A DNA stretch of 64,000 bases from Cyanophora paradoxa CCMP329 (Eukaryota; Plantae; Glaucophyta), in assembly GCA_004431415.1 (NCBI GenBank), contig QPMI01000095.1, positions 124,001 to 188,000 of the forward strand, in the 5' to 3' direction. The translations under genes were made by a program, and so were the position numbers. The notes under the pieces were generated by a model. That model was not told where the DNA came from. It searched no databases and saw nothing but the letters and a program-made list of their open reading frames with translations. This document shows, piece after piece, positions 42,575 through 54,500 of the stretch (position 1 is the first letter of the stretch; every line of letters begins with the position of its first letter).

Positions 42575-44153
42575 ATGGAGTCGGACAAGAAGGAGCGGGA
42601 GCGCGACCGGGACGAAAAGAAGGACCGCGAGAAGGACCGCTCCGACCGCAAAGATAGAGACCGGGACCGCGACAGGGATCGAGACGACAGGGACAAGACG
42701 CGCTCGCGGCGGGAGCGCGACGATGACGACGAAGACCGTGCGCGCCCCGCCCGCAACCCGGCCACGCGCTGGGCTCCGCCGTTCATCCGGCGCATCGCAG
42801 GCCGGAGAAAGTCGAAGCGCCGGAGCCGCAGCCGTAGCCGGTCGCGCTCGAGGGACCGCCGGTCGCGGCGGAAGTCCCGTTCGCGTTCGCGTTCCCGCAG
42901 CCCGCGCGACGAGTGCGCCACCTCTTCTCTAGTCTCCGTATGGCGCCCGCCGACTGCCCGAGCGCAGGGAGGCTGAGCGGAAGCGCCAGGAGAACCGAGA
43001 GAAGATGCGGGCCCTGCTTGCCAACCTCAACCAGCAGGCCCAGAACCCCCAGGCGACGGACATCCAGCGGCGTAAGATCTACGTCGGCAACCTGCCCGTG
43101 GGCGTGGGGCTCAAGGACGTGCGCTGGCTTCGAACGTGCCCTTTTTGGTGTCTTATCCCGTTGCAATAGGTTAACCTCGCGGACTTCTTCAACCAAGCGC
43201 TGCAAACGGCTGGTCTCGCCAGCGGACTTGCGCCTCCGGTGCTCTCCGTGTGGATGAGCAGCGAAGGGAAGTTCGCATTCGTTGAGTTCCGGTCACCGAA
43301 GGACGCGGAGAACGCTTTGATGCTGGCGAGCCTTTGTTTCTTTAGCGATTCCGTTTCGACATTGAATGCTTCGCGAAGGACGGTGCGATCTTCCACGGTC
43401 GGCCGCTGCGGATCCAGCGTCCTGCCGATCTGCCGAACCCGAAATGTGCAGCGGGCCCGCCCGTTCCTTCGATCCCTCTCTCTTTCTGACCGAAATTGCA
43501 GTCGGTGGTGGAATGATGTCGGCTTCTGTCTTTCCCAACATGGCGGTGCGTGACCCATGTGGGCTTCATTGTACATCGGAGTGGGTGGCGAACCTCTTGC
43601 AGGTCAATGCGCAGCTCGCTGCGTTGGGCGGTGGAGGGTTTGGCATGGCTCCTGGTGGAGGCACTGCGTTCCCTATTCCTATTGCAAGCGCTCCTGGCGG
43701 AGTGCCAGGCGGAGTGTACACCCTCAAGGCAACGAGGATTCTTGTTCTCTCGAATATGGTGGCACTCGAAGTGCGCCCGTGCCCGCGTGCTTGCGCTGCA
43801 ATCCTTGTGTTGAACCGATCTCAGGATCTGAAAGATGATGAGGGCTACGAGGAGATTCGTGATGACGTGAAGGATGAATGTGAGAAATTCGGTACCGTCG
43901 AGAACGTTTTCATTCCTCGTCCAGACCCCGAAAACGCTTCAGTGAAGGGTCTCGGAAGGGTGAGGTTCTGTCATCCCACAGACGAAACACCCTTCATTTC
44001 ACTTATCAGAGAGTGCAGATCTTTGTCACGTTTGCAAACGCAGACGAGGCCACAGCTGCAAGCAAGTCCCTTGCTGGTCGCAAGTTTGCAGGTCGCGTGG
44101 TGCTTGCCACATTCATCGAAGAGAGCGATTTTGAGAAGCGCACATACGACTAG
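42575..44153 (+). CDS. U2AF large subunit (U2AF65)-like splicing factor: RS domain, RRM1 and UHM
   Basis: RD/RS-rich N-terminus; RRKIYVGNLP..DFFNQAL..GKFAFVEFRS..ALML|DGAIFHGRPLRIQRP; TRILVLSNMV..DLKDDEGYEEIRDDVKDECEKFGTVENVFIPRP..GLGR|IFV..LAGRKFAGRVV; stop 44151-44153. Confidence 0.88.
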
Positions 44154-45593
44154 CGAGAAGAGTTGATGAAAGAATGAGAATTGAGCTCCATCTACGTGGC
44201 TTCCCCTCCCCTGTCTTTTTCGATCGCGATTTAATTTTAGGGTTTGGGCTCTAGCGGACAGCTATAGCTAGCTGCAGCTGCGAACGCATGTATGGGCTAC
44301 TCTTAGGAAGGTGCGGCCCTAGGCCTTACCGTTACCTGCCCAGCCGTCCCTCCCCCCGCCCCCCCCCCCCCCCCCCCCCAACGGCGCCCCCCTCCCCTCG
44401 CCTCCGATCCAAGGCTCACCCCCCCCCTGGCCCCCCGCGAGCTCGAGGACCTAGGCCTGCCTGGCCGCCGCCATGCCTCAGGGCCTGCTGCATGCACATA
44501 GGGATTTTTTCCACGAACTTTGGAAGGAGGGCACTGATTGACAAGTCCGTAGCACACTGTGAGAAGCTTCGAATTTAAATAGATTGCCTGCACTGCAGCT
44601 GTACGTATATACTATGATATACACTTGGGCCCGGGGGGGATATCGATGGAAGGGGGGGTACTACGGTAGAGCGTTATATAATTACATATACCCGGCCCTT
44701 GCAATTGATGGCGGAACCTGCCGCGCGCGGAGGCCTCGCCGGGGCCCATGGCCACTGGGCCGGGGCATGCCATGCCATGCGCATGCAGCCGGCCATGATG
44801 ATGGCCACAAGGTCTGGCCATGGAGGGTCCCGGCCCGCCGGGCCGACCCTGGTCACCGGGTCTGACAGTGACTCAGTGATCATCGGATGGATGAGGGAGG
44901 AGACCATGTGCATGAGCTGCCCGGCCCCACGGGCCGGGCCATGCTGCCACTGGGCCAGGCTGAGCAGCCTGCAGCTGGCACTGCGGCAAGCCTGAAGCGC
45001 TTTGATGATAATATTCATCATGGCATGCCATGATGATCACGATCATCATGGCATCTCAGGGGCCCAGGGCCGGGTGGCCCAGTGGGGCCAGGCCTGAGCC
45101 TCGGAGGGGCCGGGCACACAGCTCTAGCCTGAATAGGGGGCACTGCAGCAGCGGCGTGCCGCGGCTCCTGTGCCACTGGGCCATACTATGATATATACCA
45201 TGATATGCGCTGCCGCAGTGTACATGTGGCAGTGCCACGGTGTGCACGTACTACTAGTACTTCGCTTGCAACTTGGCAAATCTAGATTCAATGATTGGCC
45301 GCAGTGGCGCCGGCATGGCGGACTCCGGGACTCGGGAGGCCCTCAGGGCCTGATGCATGAGTCATAGTGACAGTGAGGCACAACAGGCGGCGCCGCGGCG
45401 GTGCAGCTCGCTGGGCGGGGCGGAGGCCTTCAAGGCTTGCCGCAGTGCTTTCGATTAGCTTATATATAATTAGTAGCCCAGAAGCGTTTTCGACTTCCAT
45501 GTGCACATGCAATTCTAATTCTCGGGGTCTTGCCAGTGCCCCATCTCATATGCATATCAGAACTATAGACAACACGCGAAACTGGCTGAGAAG

Positions 45594-48500
45594 TCAGTTG
45601 GGGCCATCGTCGGATGCCGAGGAGGGGCTGGAGGAGGACTGCACACGAGGCTGTGTGGTGCGATCCAGGGAGGGTGAAGCAGACAGGGTTGAGATGGCGA
45701 CAAGCGGTTCCCAAGACACTTGAGCATTCGAATGCGAGCGGGTGGGTGGCGGCATTGCCTGCGGTGGAACATCATCCAGCCGCTCCCCACCCTCTTGCTT
45801 AAGGGGGCTGGACGACTGCTGGCTAGAATCCTCGTGGGGGCCTGAGCCGCGCGGGTGACCAAAGCTGAACGCCTCGACGTGTGAGACCGAAGTGTTCATG
45901 GTCAGGGAGGGGTTAGGAGGTCCTGTAAGGGACCCTGATGCCTGCTCCATCCTTGATGTCTCGGCAACCGCCCCACGCAGTTGCCCCCCCGGGCAGACCG
46001 AGGCAGACGCAGCGGAAGCGGAACCCGAGGTCGTGTTGATGGTCGGGGACGTGGTGGAGAGGGGGTACATGGGGGAGAACTCCAGCGAGGGGGTTCTTCC
46101 GCGCAGTTGAGCCGCGCCGCGGGGCTGACCACTCATGGAGTCGCTTGCAGGCAACGCGCTCTCTGTGCCGGAGGGGAGGTGGGACGAGGTGGAGATGGAG
46201 GTTGAAGAGCGCGCCGCTGCTGACCACCTGCGGCGCCAGGTCAGCGGATGGAAGGAACAGTGCGATGCGCGGGACTAAGGATGCCTGCGGCTATCTCCCG
46301 CAGGGCCGGCAATGCTCTGCAGGAAGCGGGCCTGCTCGTCAAGAGCCTGCTGCGCCTGCAGGTCCCACCGGTCACGTGCGGGTAGATGGCAACTCAGGCC
46401 TGACGCACTGCCTTCCGGTTGGCGGAAAATCCGGAGGGGGTGTCGTCCACAAAGGGGGAGCGGCTGCGGGGAATGGACTCGAGGGAGCGGGCAACGAGGG
46501 GTCGGGCCTGGCGGCGGCCGTTGGGCATGCCGAGGGCGTCGTAGGCCGAGTGACCGCCCGCGGAACGAGGTGAGCGGCGGGCAGCGAGGGCTCGGGAGGC
46601 GAGCTCGCGGTCGTGGAGCAGCTCCTGCCGCTCTTTCGCCATCGCCAGGCGCTCCGCGTCGAGCGCTCTCCGCAGCACTTGCATCTGCCGAGCGTCCTCA
46701 TCGATGCGTGCGCGCTGTGCGTCGAAGGAGCGCTGCATAGCGGATGCCTCCTCGTATAGGCGCCGCGCCTCCTCGTTCTCTCCGGTCGACTCCTGCGCTC
46801 AAAGTGGGCTCCTGTGCCGAATCCTTGCGCGCTTCGGAAGGCCATGCTGCACCTGGCGGGCGCGCGCGACTGCCTCCGACTCATTGCGGAGGGTGTCGGA
46901 TAGGGTTGCTAGGCGGGCCGCATCCCGCGCGAAGGCGAGTCGCTCGTTCTCCAGCTCCTCGCGCTCCTGCAGCAGCGCATGCCTCTCCCGCGCGAGCAGC
47001 TCCTGCCCCTCACGGACTAGCGCCAGCTGTGGCCCTTCGTTAATCGGAGCGCCAAGGAGGCCCCCGAGGACGGGCGGCGCGCCTGGCCCTCCATTGAGGA
47101 CCGCTGCGCCTCAATGGTCGCCTCGGCGGCAGCTGCGCGCTGCCGCGCAGCTGCCTCCGCCTGGCGTGAGGCCGCTTGGGTTTGCAACATCTCTGCCCGC
47201 TCCTGCGCGATGGCCTTCCGTTCGGCGACGAAGTCGGCCATGAAGGCGTCTCGTTGCGCCGCCCGCTCCGCCCGCTCCCTGTCCATCTTCTCCCTCTCGC
47301 GCGTCATCTGGTCGAAAAGTGCCTGGCGCTCCTGCTGCAGCTGCGCCTGCTGCGCCTCCAGGCGAAGCTGCTCGTGCTGCAGCCGCGCCTTTTCCTCGCC
47401 CTGCGCGGCCCGCATTTCTCTGGTCGTTTGTTCCAACGCCTCGCTCAGGGCCCTTAAGCGGGTCTTTTCGTCCTCCAGGGAGCGCTGCTGCCGGTCGACC
47501 CGCTCCTCTAGCTCTGCCAGGTACCTGCAGGACAGATGAGGAGCCTCGCGCCGTGCCAGGAGCGCCCCATCGCGCACCTCTCCCGCGCCCGCAGCTGAGT
47601 CTCCCTCTGCGCCACCGCCTGGAACGCCCCTCCGCATTAGCCCCGCGCCTCGGAGCTCCGCGAGGGGACCGAGGTGGGGCGCGCCGTCTCTCGATCGACG
47701 TCGGCGCGGCGGTGCATTTCGCCCATCACTTCGACGTTTACGCCAACCCGCTGCACGAGTGCCTCCAGCGAGGCGGCCGCCTGGCCCTGCTTCTGCTGCC
47801 CGGCGAGCTGCGCGCACTGGGTGAGGGGCGCACCGGGAAGCTCGCGTCGCACACCGCACCTCCTCGGCGTGCATGCGCTTGAGGGCAGCGAGGTGCTCGA
47901 TGTGCTGCCGCTCCCGAGCCTCAAGTTCCTGTGCGTGCAGCGCCATCTGCTGCGCCAGCGCCGCCACCACCCGCTTCTCGGCTCCCTCCTCCGCCAGCAG
48001 CTGCGGGGAGCGCTCGGCTTCTGGCGGCTGAGGAGTGGGCAAACGCTGACCTTGTCGCGGACGGCTGCCTCGACCTCGGCCTCTTTCTCCGCCGCCACGC
48101 GCCGCACCGCTGCCGCCTTCTCGGCGTCCGCCGCCGCAAGCGCTACTTCTGCCTCGCGGCGCTTGCGCTCAGCAGCTTCCACGTCGGCCGCCTGCTCCCG
48201 CAACGCCTCCTGCATGCGTCGCGCCCACTCCGCCTCGCGCCGTGCTAGTTCCTCCGCGTGCGCCACCTTTGCCGCTGAGAGGACCTCCTCTGCTGCGAGG
48301 CGCTGCTACGGCGTTGGTTGCGCGCACGGTGCACAGGCGACACGCGCACCCTCCGTTCGGTGTCGGCGTTCGCGCGGCGGGCGTCGTCGAGCTCGCGGAG
48401 AAGATCAGCGACGCGACCCTCCAGCTCTCGCACCCGCGCCTCGAGGGGCTCGCGCCCTGCCCAAGCCAGCGCGCCTGCCTGCCCCGTAGCTGATGCCGCC

Positions 48501-50367
48501 ATTTCCCCGAGCAGCGCCACCAGTTGTTGAGGGCCCACGGCGATGTGCGTGGGCCCTCCAGAAGATGTGCTCGTCACACTGATGGCTTGTGCGGGAGCTC
48601 GATCCGCGAACGCCGGGGTGGAGAACGTGGTGGGCGAAGAGAGCGGTGGCGGGTCTGCTGCGGGGGGCTGTGCGGCTCCGTCACGGCGGGGTGCTTCAGC
48701 GGCCGCGATCGAAGCGCCAAACGTAGATGGAGCGGGCGCGGCGGAGGAAGCAGGCGAGGCGGCAGAGGCCTCCCGTGGCTGCGGAGACGCTGCCGGGGAC
48801 CGCGCTAAAGGAGAGGGCCCTGTCGCCAGCTCTGCGGGAAGCGCGGATGGCCGAGTCGAGAAGGAGCCCCCTGCGCGCCGGCCTGTCGCCCCCCATCGAG
48901 TCAGGCAGCAGCACCGGCGAAGGCTATACGGGGAAGAGACCGGCGACGGGGGTGCGACGGCTGCCGATCGAGGGAACGTAGCCCTCTCCGCTGCCGTCTT
49001 CGGGCTCTTCGGCTATGGGACGCGGGGCGGTGGCAGGGCGCGAGGCGGCGGCGGGTTTTGTATCTTCGAGGAGGGCCAGCGGATCGCCCCAATCGTCATC
49101 CACTGCGCCTAGCATGAGTTTCATAGAACCCAGATACGAGCACACTTGCCCGGCTTCGGCTTGCGAGAAGCCGCGGCGGCGCGCTCCTGCTCCTCGCGCT
49201 CCCGATTCCGACGCTCGCGCTCCTCGCGCTCCTGCCGCTCCCGCTCCTCCCGTTCGCGCCGCTCCTCCTCGGCCTTCGCCTGCGCGCTCACGTCGGCAAA
49301 AGCTCCGAACGTCGATGAACGGCGCGCTCACCAGGAGGCGCTTGCGGACTTGTTCAGCATCAGCGTCAAGGGCGTCCAGCGCGCTGGCGGAGCGCCGGAC
49401 CCCGCGGTCGTCGGCCCCGCTGGCAAGGTCGGCGCTCGGCGGATCAAAAGGCCCCGGAGAGGGCGTGCGCGCGCGCGCTGCGCCAGGCCCTCCGCTTCGA
49501 GGTCGAGCAGAGTCGGTCGTACGCGAGGAGAGCGGCCCGAAAATGTCTTCAACATCGCCCGCTTCCCCACGGCCGGCCCCGCCTCGACTGAGCCCCCGCC
49601 CTCGCGGTCCTCGGGCTACAGGCGAGACGGAGCGGCCGCCATCGGGCGACCTGTCGCGGGCCACGTCGTGTTGCATGTTTGATCGCGAGGGGCCCGCAGG
49701 CGTCTCCCCCTCACTGTCCGAGGCCTCCTGAGTCCGACCCCTGCTGGCCGCGGCTGCCGCGGGTGGATTGCTGGCGGCTGATGTCGACGCCCGTGCCTTG
49801 CTCGGGGCGGAGGTCGACGGAGGTAAATCGTCTAAGAGCGCATCAGTAGCTGCAGAGCTCGCCTGATTCTGACGTACCGAGGAGCGAATCGAGAATGTCG
49901 AAGGTGCCTCTCTTCTCTGCCGCCGAGGGTGCAGCAGCGCTCGTCCTGCGCCCCGCTCTGGGCGGCGGAAAGGTAGAGCCGACGCTCGCCGCTTTCGCGA
50001 GGCCCTCAGGCAGCTGATTGCGCAGATCAGTGCGCTGCCACGCGCAGGGTGCACAGGAGTGCCATCACCTCGTCCGCCGGCTTCTTTCGTGCTGGCGCTG
50101 CATTCGCCGTCAAGCTCGCGCCATGCGCACGCGGCCGCGGGGGAGCGCACGCTTCTTCGGACCGACGTCCTCGTCAAGCTCGTTCAGGAGGTCATCCAGG
50201 AGCTCGTCCTCCTCTGCTGGGGGTTTCGGGGGCTTCCGCGCCGCGGCTGTTTGCTTTTGCGGGGCCGGCGAGTCGTCGTCCGAGAGATCCAGGCTGAAGC
50301 TGGCCGGCGCTGCCGCCGCGCTCTTCGCCCGCCCCAGCGTCGGAAGACCCGACAGCGAGGCAGCCAT
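45594..50367 (-). CDS. FBF1-like centriolar distal-appendage/transition-fibre coiled-coil protein, multi-exon
   Basis: Acidic DDLL/DW motifs in a disordered N-terminal half; LEERVDRQQRSLEDEKTRLRAL..EEKARLQHEQLRLEAQQAQLQQERQALFDQMTREREKMDR resembles the FBF1 C-terminal coiled coil. 3' end approximate. Confidence 0.6.
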
Positions 50368-50677
50368 ACCGAGGCAGCGTTGTACAGCTAACAACTTTGG
50401 CAACTCCGACGCGCCGCTGAGCTAGCGCTGCGCCTTCGAGTCGTTGGTTTTGTCTGTACCCCTTTTGGGCCCTGAGTCCCCTGACTCGTACGGGTAGAGC
50501 TTCCGAGCCGCGGTCGACGCTAAGCCCTAGCGTGCAGCTGAGCCGCGCGTCGCTTCCCGGAACGAGCGCATCCTCCGGAGCCTGTGGAGCGCGACGCGGC
50601 TCCCCGACGTCGGCCGAGGCGCGCTCAACCGGTGCGCCTGGAGGTCGCTCGCGCGCGCCCCGCCTGCATGCGCCAGA

Positions 50678-51452
50678 ATGGGATGGAACGACGCACTCGC
50701 AGACGCGATGGGGCTTGGGCTGCTTGCGAAACTCGTGCTATTTAGTATCACCAAGAAGGTCGTCGCATACGCAATAGCGAGGGTGCGGCATCCCGGCGAT
50801 TCACTCGCGCGTCGTCCCTCGACACCTGCCGCAGACGTATGGCTTCCCCCGGATCTATAGGCGCATCAGGGAGGTTCAGAAGCGCCTCTTCTCTCGTCCG
50901 ACAGAGCAGAAGCTGCGCGACCTCACGCTCAAGTCTTTCCGCCTTCCGAAAGCTTTGTACAACAAGTTTCTTAGACGCGCGGACTCGGATCTAGCTGCGG
51001 AGGTCAAGAACACGCGGGAGCGCGTGCGGGCGAGGAGAGCGCGGCTTGTTTCCGCCTCCCAGCGCCTTAGACTTCGAGCGACGCCCTTCTTCAACGCTGC
51101 TTCGAACTCCCTCCTGACGGCTTCGCTCCGCATGCAGCAGCTGCGAGAGGCCGCCATGCGGTTTCGGGCCTCTCGGAGACTGCGCGATGTCGTTCCCACG
51201 CCTTTCACGCAATCGCGCTCGGTCCCGGAGACTCTCAGCGCCCGCCCTCATCAGCATATTTCCCTCTCCATACCAGCATCCACGTGGCGCCGACCTTCCG
51301 TCCTCAACGCGCGCCTTGCCATGGCTCAGCGCCTGGCGCGTGGCCTGCCACCCGTGCGAGCAGGCGCTCTCGCCCACTGGCAGCCTTATCGATCCCTCTT
51401 CTCTATGGGCGCCGCCGCGCCCCTCGCGAGAACAGCATTGAGATTGTTATAA
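50678..51452 (+). CDS. Hypothetical basic protein, one intron
   Basis: GLGLLAKLVLFSITKKVVAYAIAR|TYGFPRIYRRIREVQKRLF.. joins through a GT-AG intron to the 50955-51452 frame; the start could instead be 50708. Confidence 0.55.
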
Positions 51453-51545
51453 TTACAATTCAGGATATACGGGCGCGCCGGACACTCCTGGCCTTCGTGC
51501 GCTTAAAACCAGTACCAAAGTACCACTACCACATGCTGTACTGAT

Positions 51546-54500
51546 TCAGGAGATATCCATGTGATCTCCAGCGGTGTGAGCCGTGTCAGCAGCCTCGCTC
51601 TCCAGGCGGATGGCAGTGAACTAAATAAAAGCGGCGGCGTCGGCGGGCATAGAAATGCACCATAAAACAATCCAGAGGTGGCACCTTCTCGAGAAGCTTC
51701 CCGGACTTCACAACGTGCTGCAAGAAATCGTCGAACCGAGCACATGTCTCGACATCCGGAATGCGAGCGAGGGCATCAACAGCTCGAAGGGCTGAACGGA
51801 TAACATCTTCGTTCCTCTCGAGCTGCGACGGAAGTGTCACCGATTCGTCAAAGAACCAAAGGGGTAGCGACCTCTTGCTTGACAGCGTTTTCCTTCACGC
51901 TTGCAGTAACAGTCTCCTTAAGAGGGTCCACAAGCGAATCCAGTGCTGCACGCGCTTGGCTCGAGACACGACACAAATGTAAGGCACCCGATGCAAACCT
52001 GCAAGGACAGCAGATGGCGCCGCGGTGGCGAGTTTCTGCAGCATAAGATGGCATAGGACCTTGATGTCATAGTGGTCGCGCTACAGCGTGACTGTTAGCG
52101 AAATGACGGATGCGCAAGGATAGTGGGCGCACGAGGCCCTCAACGATGCGAGCAAGGAACGGGTGCGTGTCGAGGCGGTCAAGGCATGAGTCGAGGAGAG
52201 TATCCATGCACTCAAAAGCGGCCTTCCGGATCTCCAGACCATCGTCCACCTGCAGAACAGGCTCATGGCGAGGATGCAACGGACACAGCAGGTGACAGGT
52301 GGCACGCACAACGTGCTTGAACGGGCCAAGATCGACCTGACGGATAAGCTCGGGCTTCTTGACCGTCTCCCCATACAGCGCTGGCAGCAGCCCCGCCAGC
52401 ATGTCCCGGATAAGTCGTGGCTGCTCCACCACGCATCAGACACGTGAAAAACCAAACCGACCAAAAGTAGGGGCACTTTGCTATGTGCTGCAGAGTTGAG
52501 GGTAAGGAGGGCTGCACGGCGGACTTTCTGTGCGAGGTATGTTGCCTTGAGGACAGTTTCAAGACCAGAATAGAGCGCACGAGGTCAGGATCAGCGATGA
52601 GACGGAGGAATGCAGGAAGAGCAGGCGGCAGGAGGGCGTCGATTGGGTGCGTCTGCTCGATGATGGCGTGCTGCATGGACCTCAGGTCAGGCACATGCTT
52701 GATGCCAAGCCCACGGGCCAGACCTTGAGTGCAGTGACGAGCGTCTGGCGCATGCGTGGGTTTGCTGAGGCGACCCGATCGTTCAGAGTCTTGACGCCCC
52801 CCGGGGGATCCACAAGAGCCAGCTTCCCAAGGCATTCGGCCACCACGTTCCGCACCCCCTCCTCCTCTGACTCCGCTTCCGCGAAAAGCAGCGGGAGGAT
52901 CTGCAGTGGCTCGCTACCAGCCTCTACAGAGGCAGATGCGAAGATTCGAACCTGGGGCATGTACGGGGCCATCACCTGTGCGCTTTGCGCCACGTGCGAT
53001 TGCCGTGAAATGACCTGCGTGGGCAGAGTGAGTGAAAAGCTTGGGGTCGGCCAGCTAGGAGCCGAGCAGAAGGCCCAACCTCTTTCAGGGAGTGGAGAAG
53101 GAGGTACTGCCGCTTTGGGTGCGTCGTGACCTGCCTCGTGCGTGAAAAACTACTTTCTCAGCGACTGCAAGGCGCGCACCTGGTGAAGGATGATCGGCAG
53201 GTAGTGTGTCATGTTGCCCACTGCGATATTCCCAAGAGCAAAGCTTGCACCGCTCTTGACCTCCTCGGACAAAGAATCGAATGCTGTACAATGTCGGTTT
53301 GGTGGCAGGGGGCGTGCCAGGAGAGACGAGTACGTACAGGCGAGTACAGATTCGGTCAAAGGCGCATTGGAGGAAAGGTCACTCTGACGCCCAATCTCTC
53401 CAAGACACATGAGTGCCATGATTTTCATCTAACGTGGCGTGAGCACCATGACAGACGCACGGCCTCACAGTGGGCACCGAGTCAGCCTGGGCTGGCGCGA
53501 CGGACGCTACGAAGGTGGCCACAGTTTTCTCCCGCTGAGCAGGAGAGGCGCGACTGCAGAGGGCAGCCACACACTGCGGAGTATGAGGGGTTTTTGAGAC
53601 ACGCCCCGAAAGAGGAGACCTGTGCGAGAGAGGAGAAGCCGTGGCGGCCAAGAGCGTCCGTGCCGGTAGCCCGCACAAGAGCCATGAGCGCCTCGAGGAG
53701 GGCCTCGAAAGCCACCCCGCTTGCTACCAGTTGCCCGAGAAACGCCACCAAGCTCTGCCGCATGCTAAGCGCGGAGACTGCACATACTAAGAAATGCGCA
53801 CGTTCAGTGCGTGGCCCTGAAGGAGGGGCGAGCGTATAAGGGCGAGAGCGCGGGGCAGTACGGCCTGCTGGAGGAGCGCCGCCGCATGTCCATGGGCAAG
53901 GAGAAGAGAGCAACACAAGCGGAGAGCGAGGTGCGAGAGATGCAGATCCACATCGCCAATGAGGGCTCCGAGCTCCGCAGCGATTGCCTGCACGTGCTGC
54001 GGGGTGATCTTGGAGCCGTGAACTCGCACCAGAGCCTCCAGCGTAGAGAGGGACGCTAGCTTCAGCGGGCGGTTCGCCTGCGGCGGAATGAGCACACGGC
54101 GGACAGATAAACGCTATACAGCAGGCCTTGCGCAGGAACGAAGCGAGCTCCCCGAGGGCTTCGGACAGGATGGGGGAAAGATCGACCAGGTCGGGGCCCT
54201 CCGCGACCTGGGCTAGGGCCTGCAGAGAAAACACGAATCAACCAGGAGCTTCGCGAACCTTGACGGCGGTAAGGCGGTATCGCAAACTATGAAAAGCAAA
54301 CCTTGACGGCGGTAAGGCGTGTGATCTCGTTGCGCATGCGCTCAAGCAGCAGAGGAAGACAAGTCTTCAGATCGCCAGTCAATTGCTGACCTAGACCGTG
54401 GAGAGTAAGAGTGATGTGCGCGTTTCGCAGTGGGGCGCGCGGGAACCAAGATTTGAAATGACGACGCCCATGCATGCGATCGCGGCCTCCTTAACCTCCT

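Noticed and set aside
44235-44250. Telomeric repeat TTTAGGG
   Set aside because: Isolated single units (also near 62448), no array.
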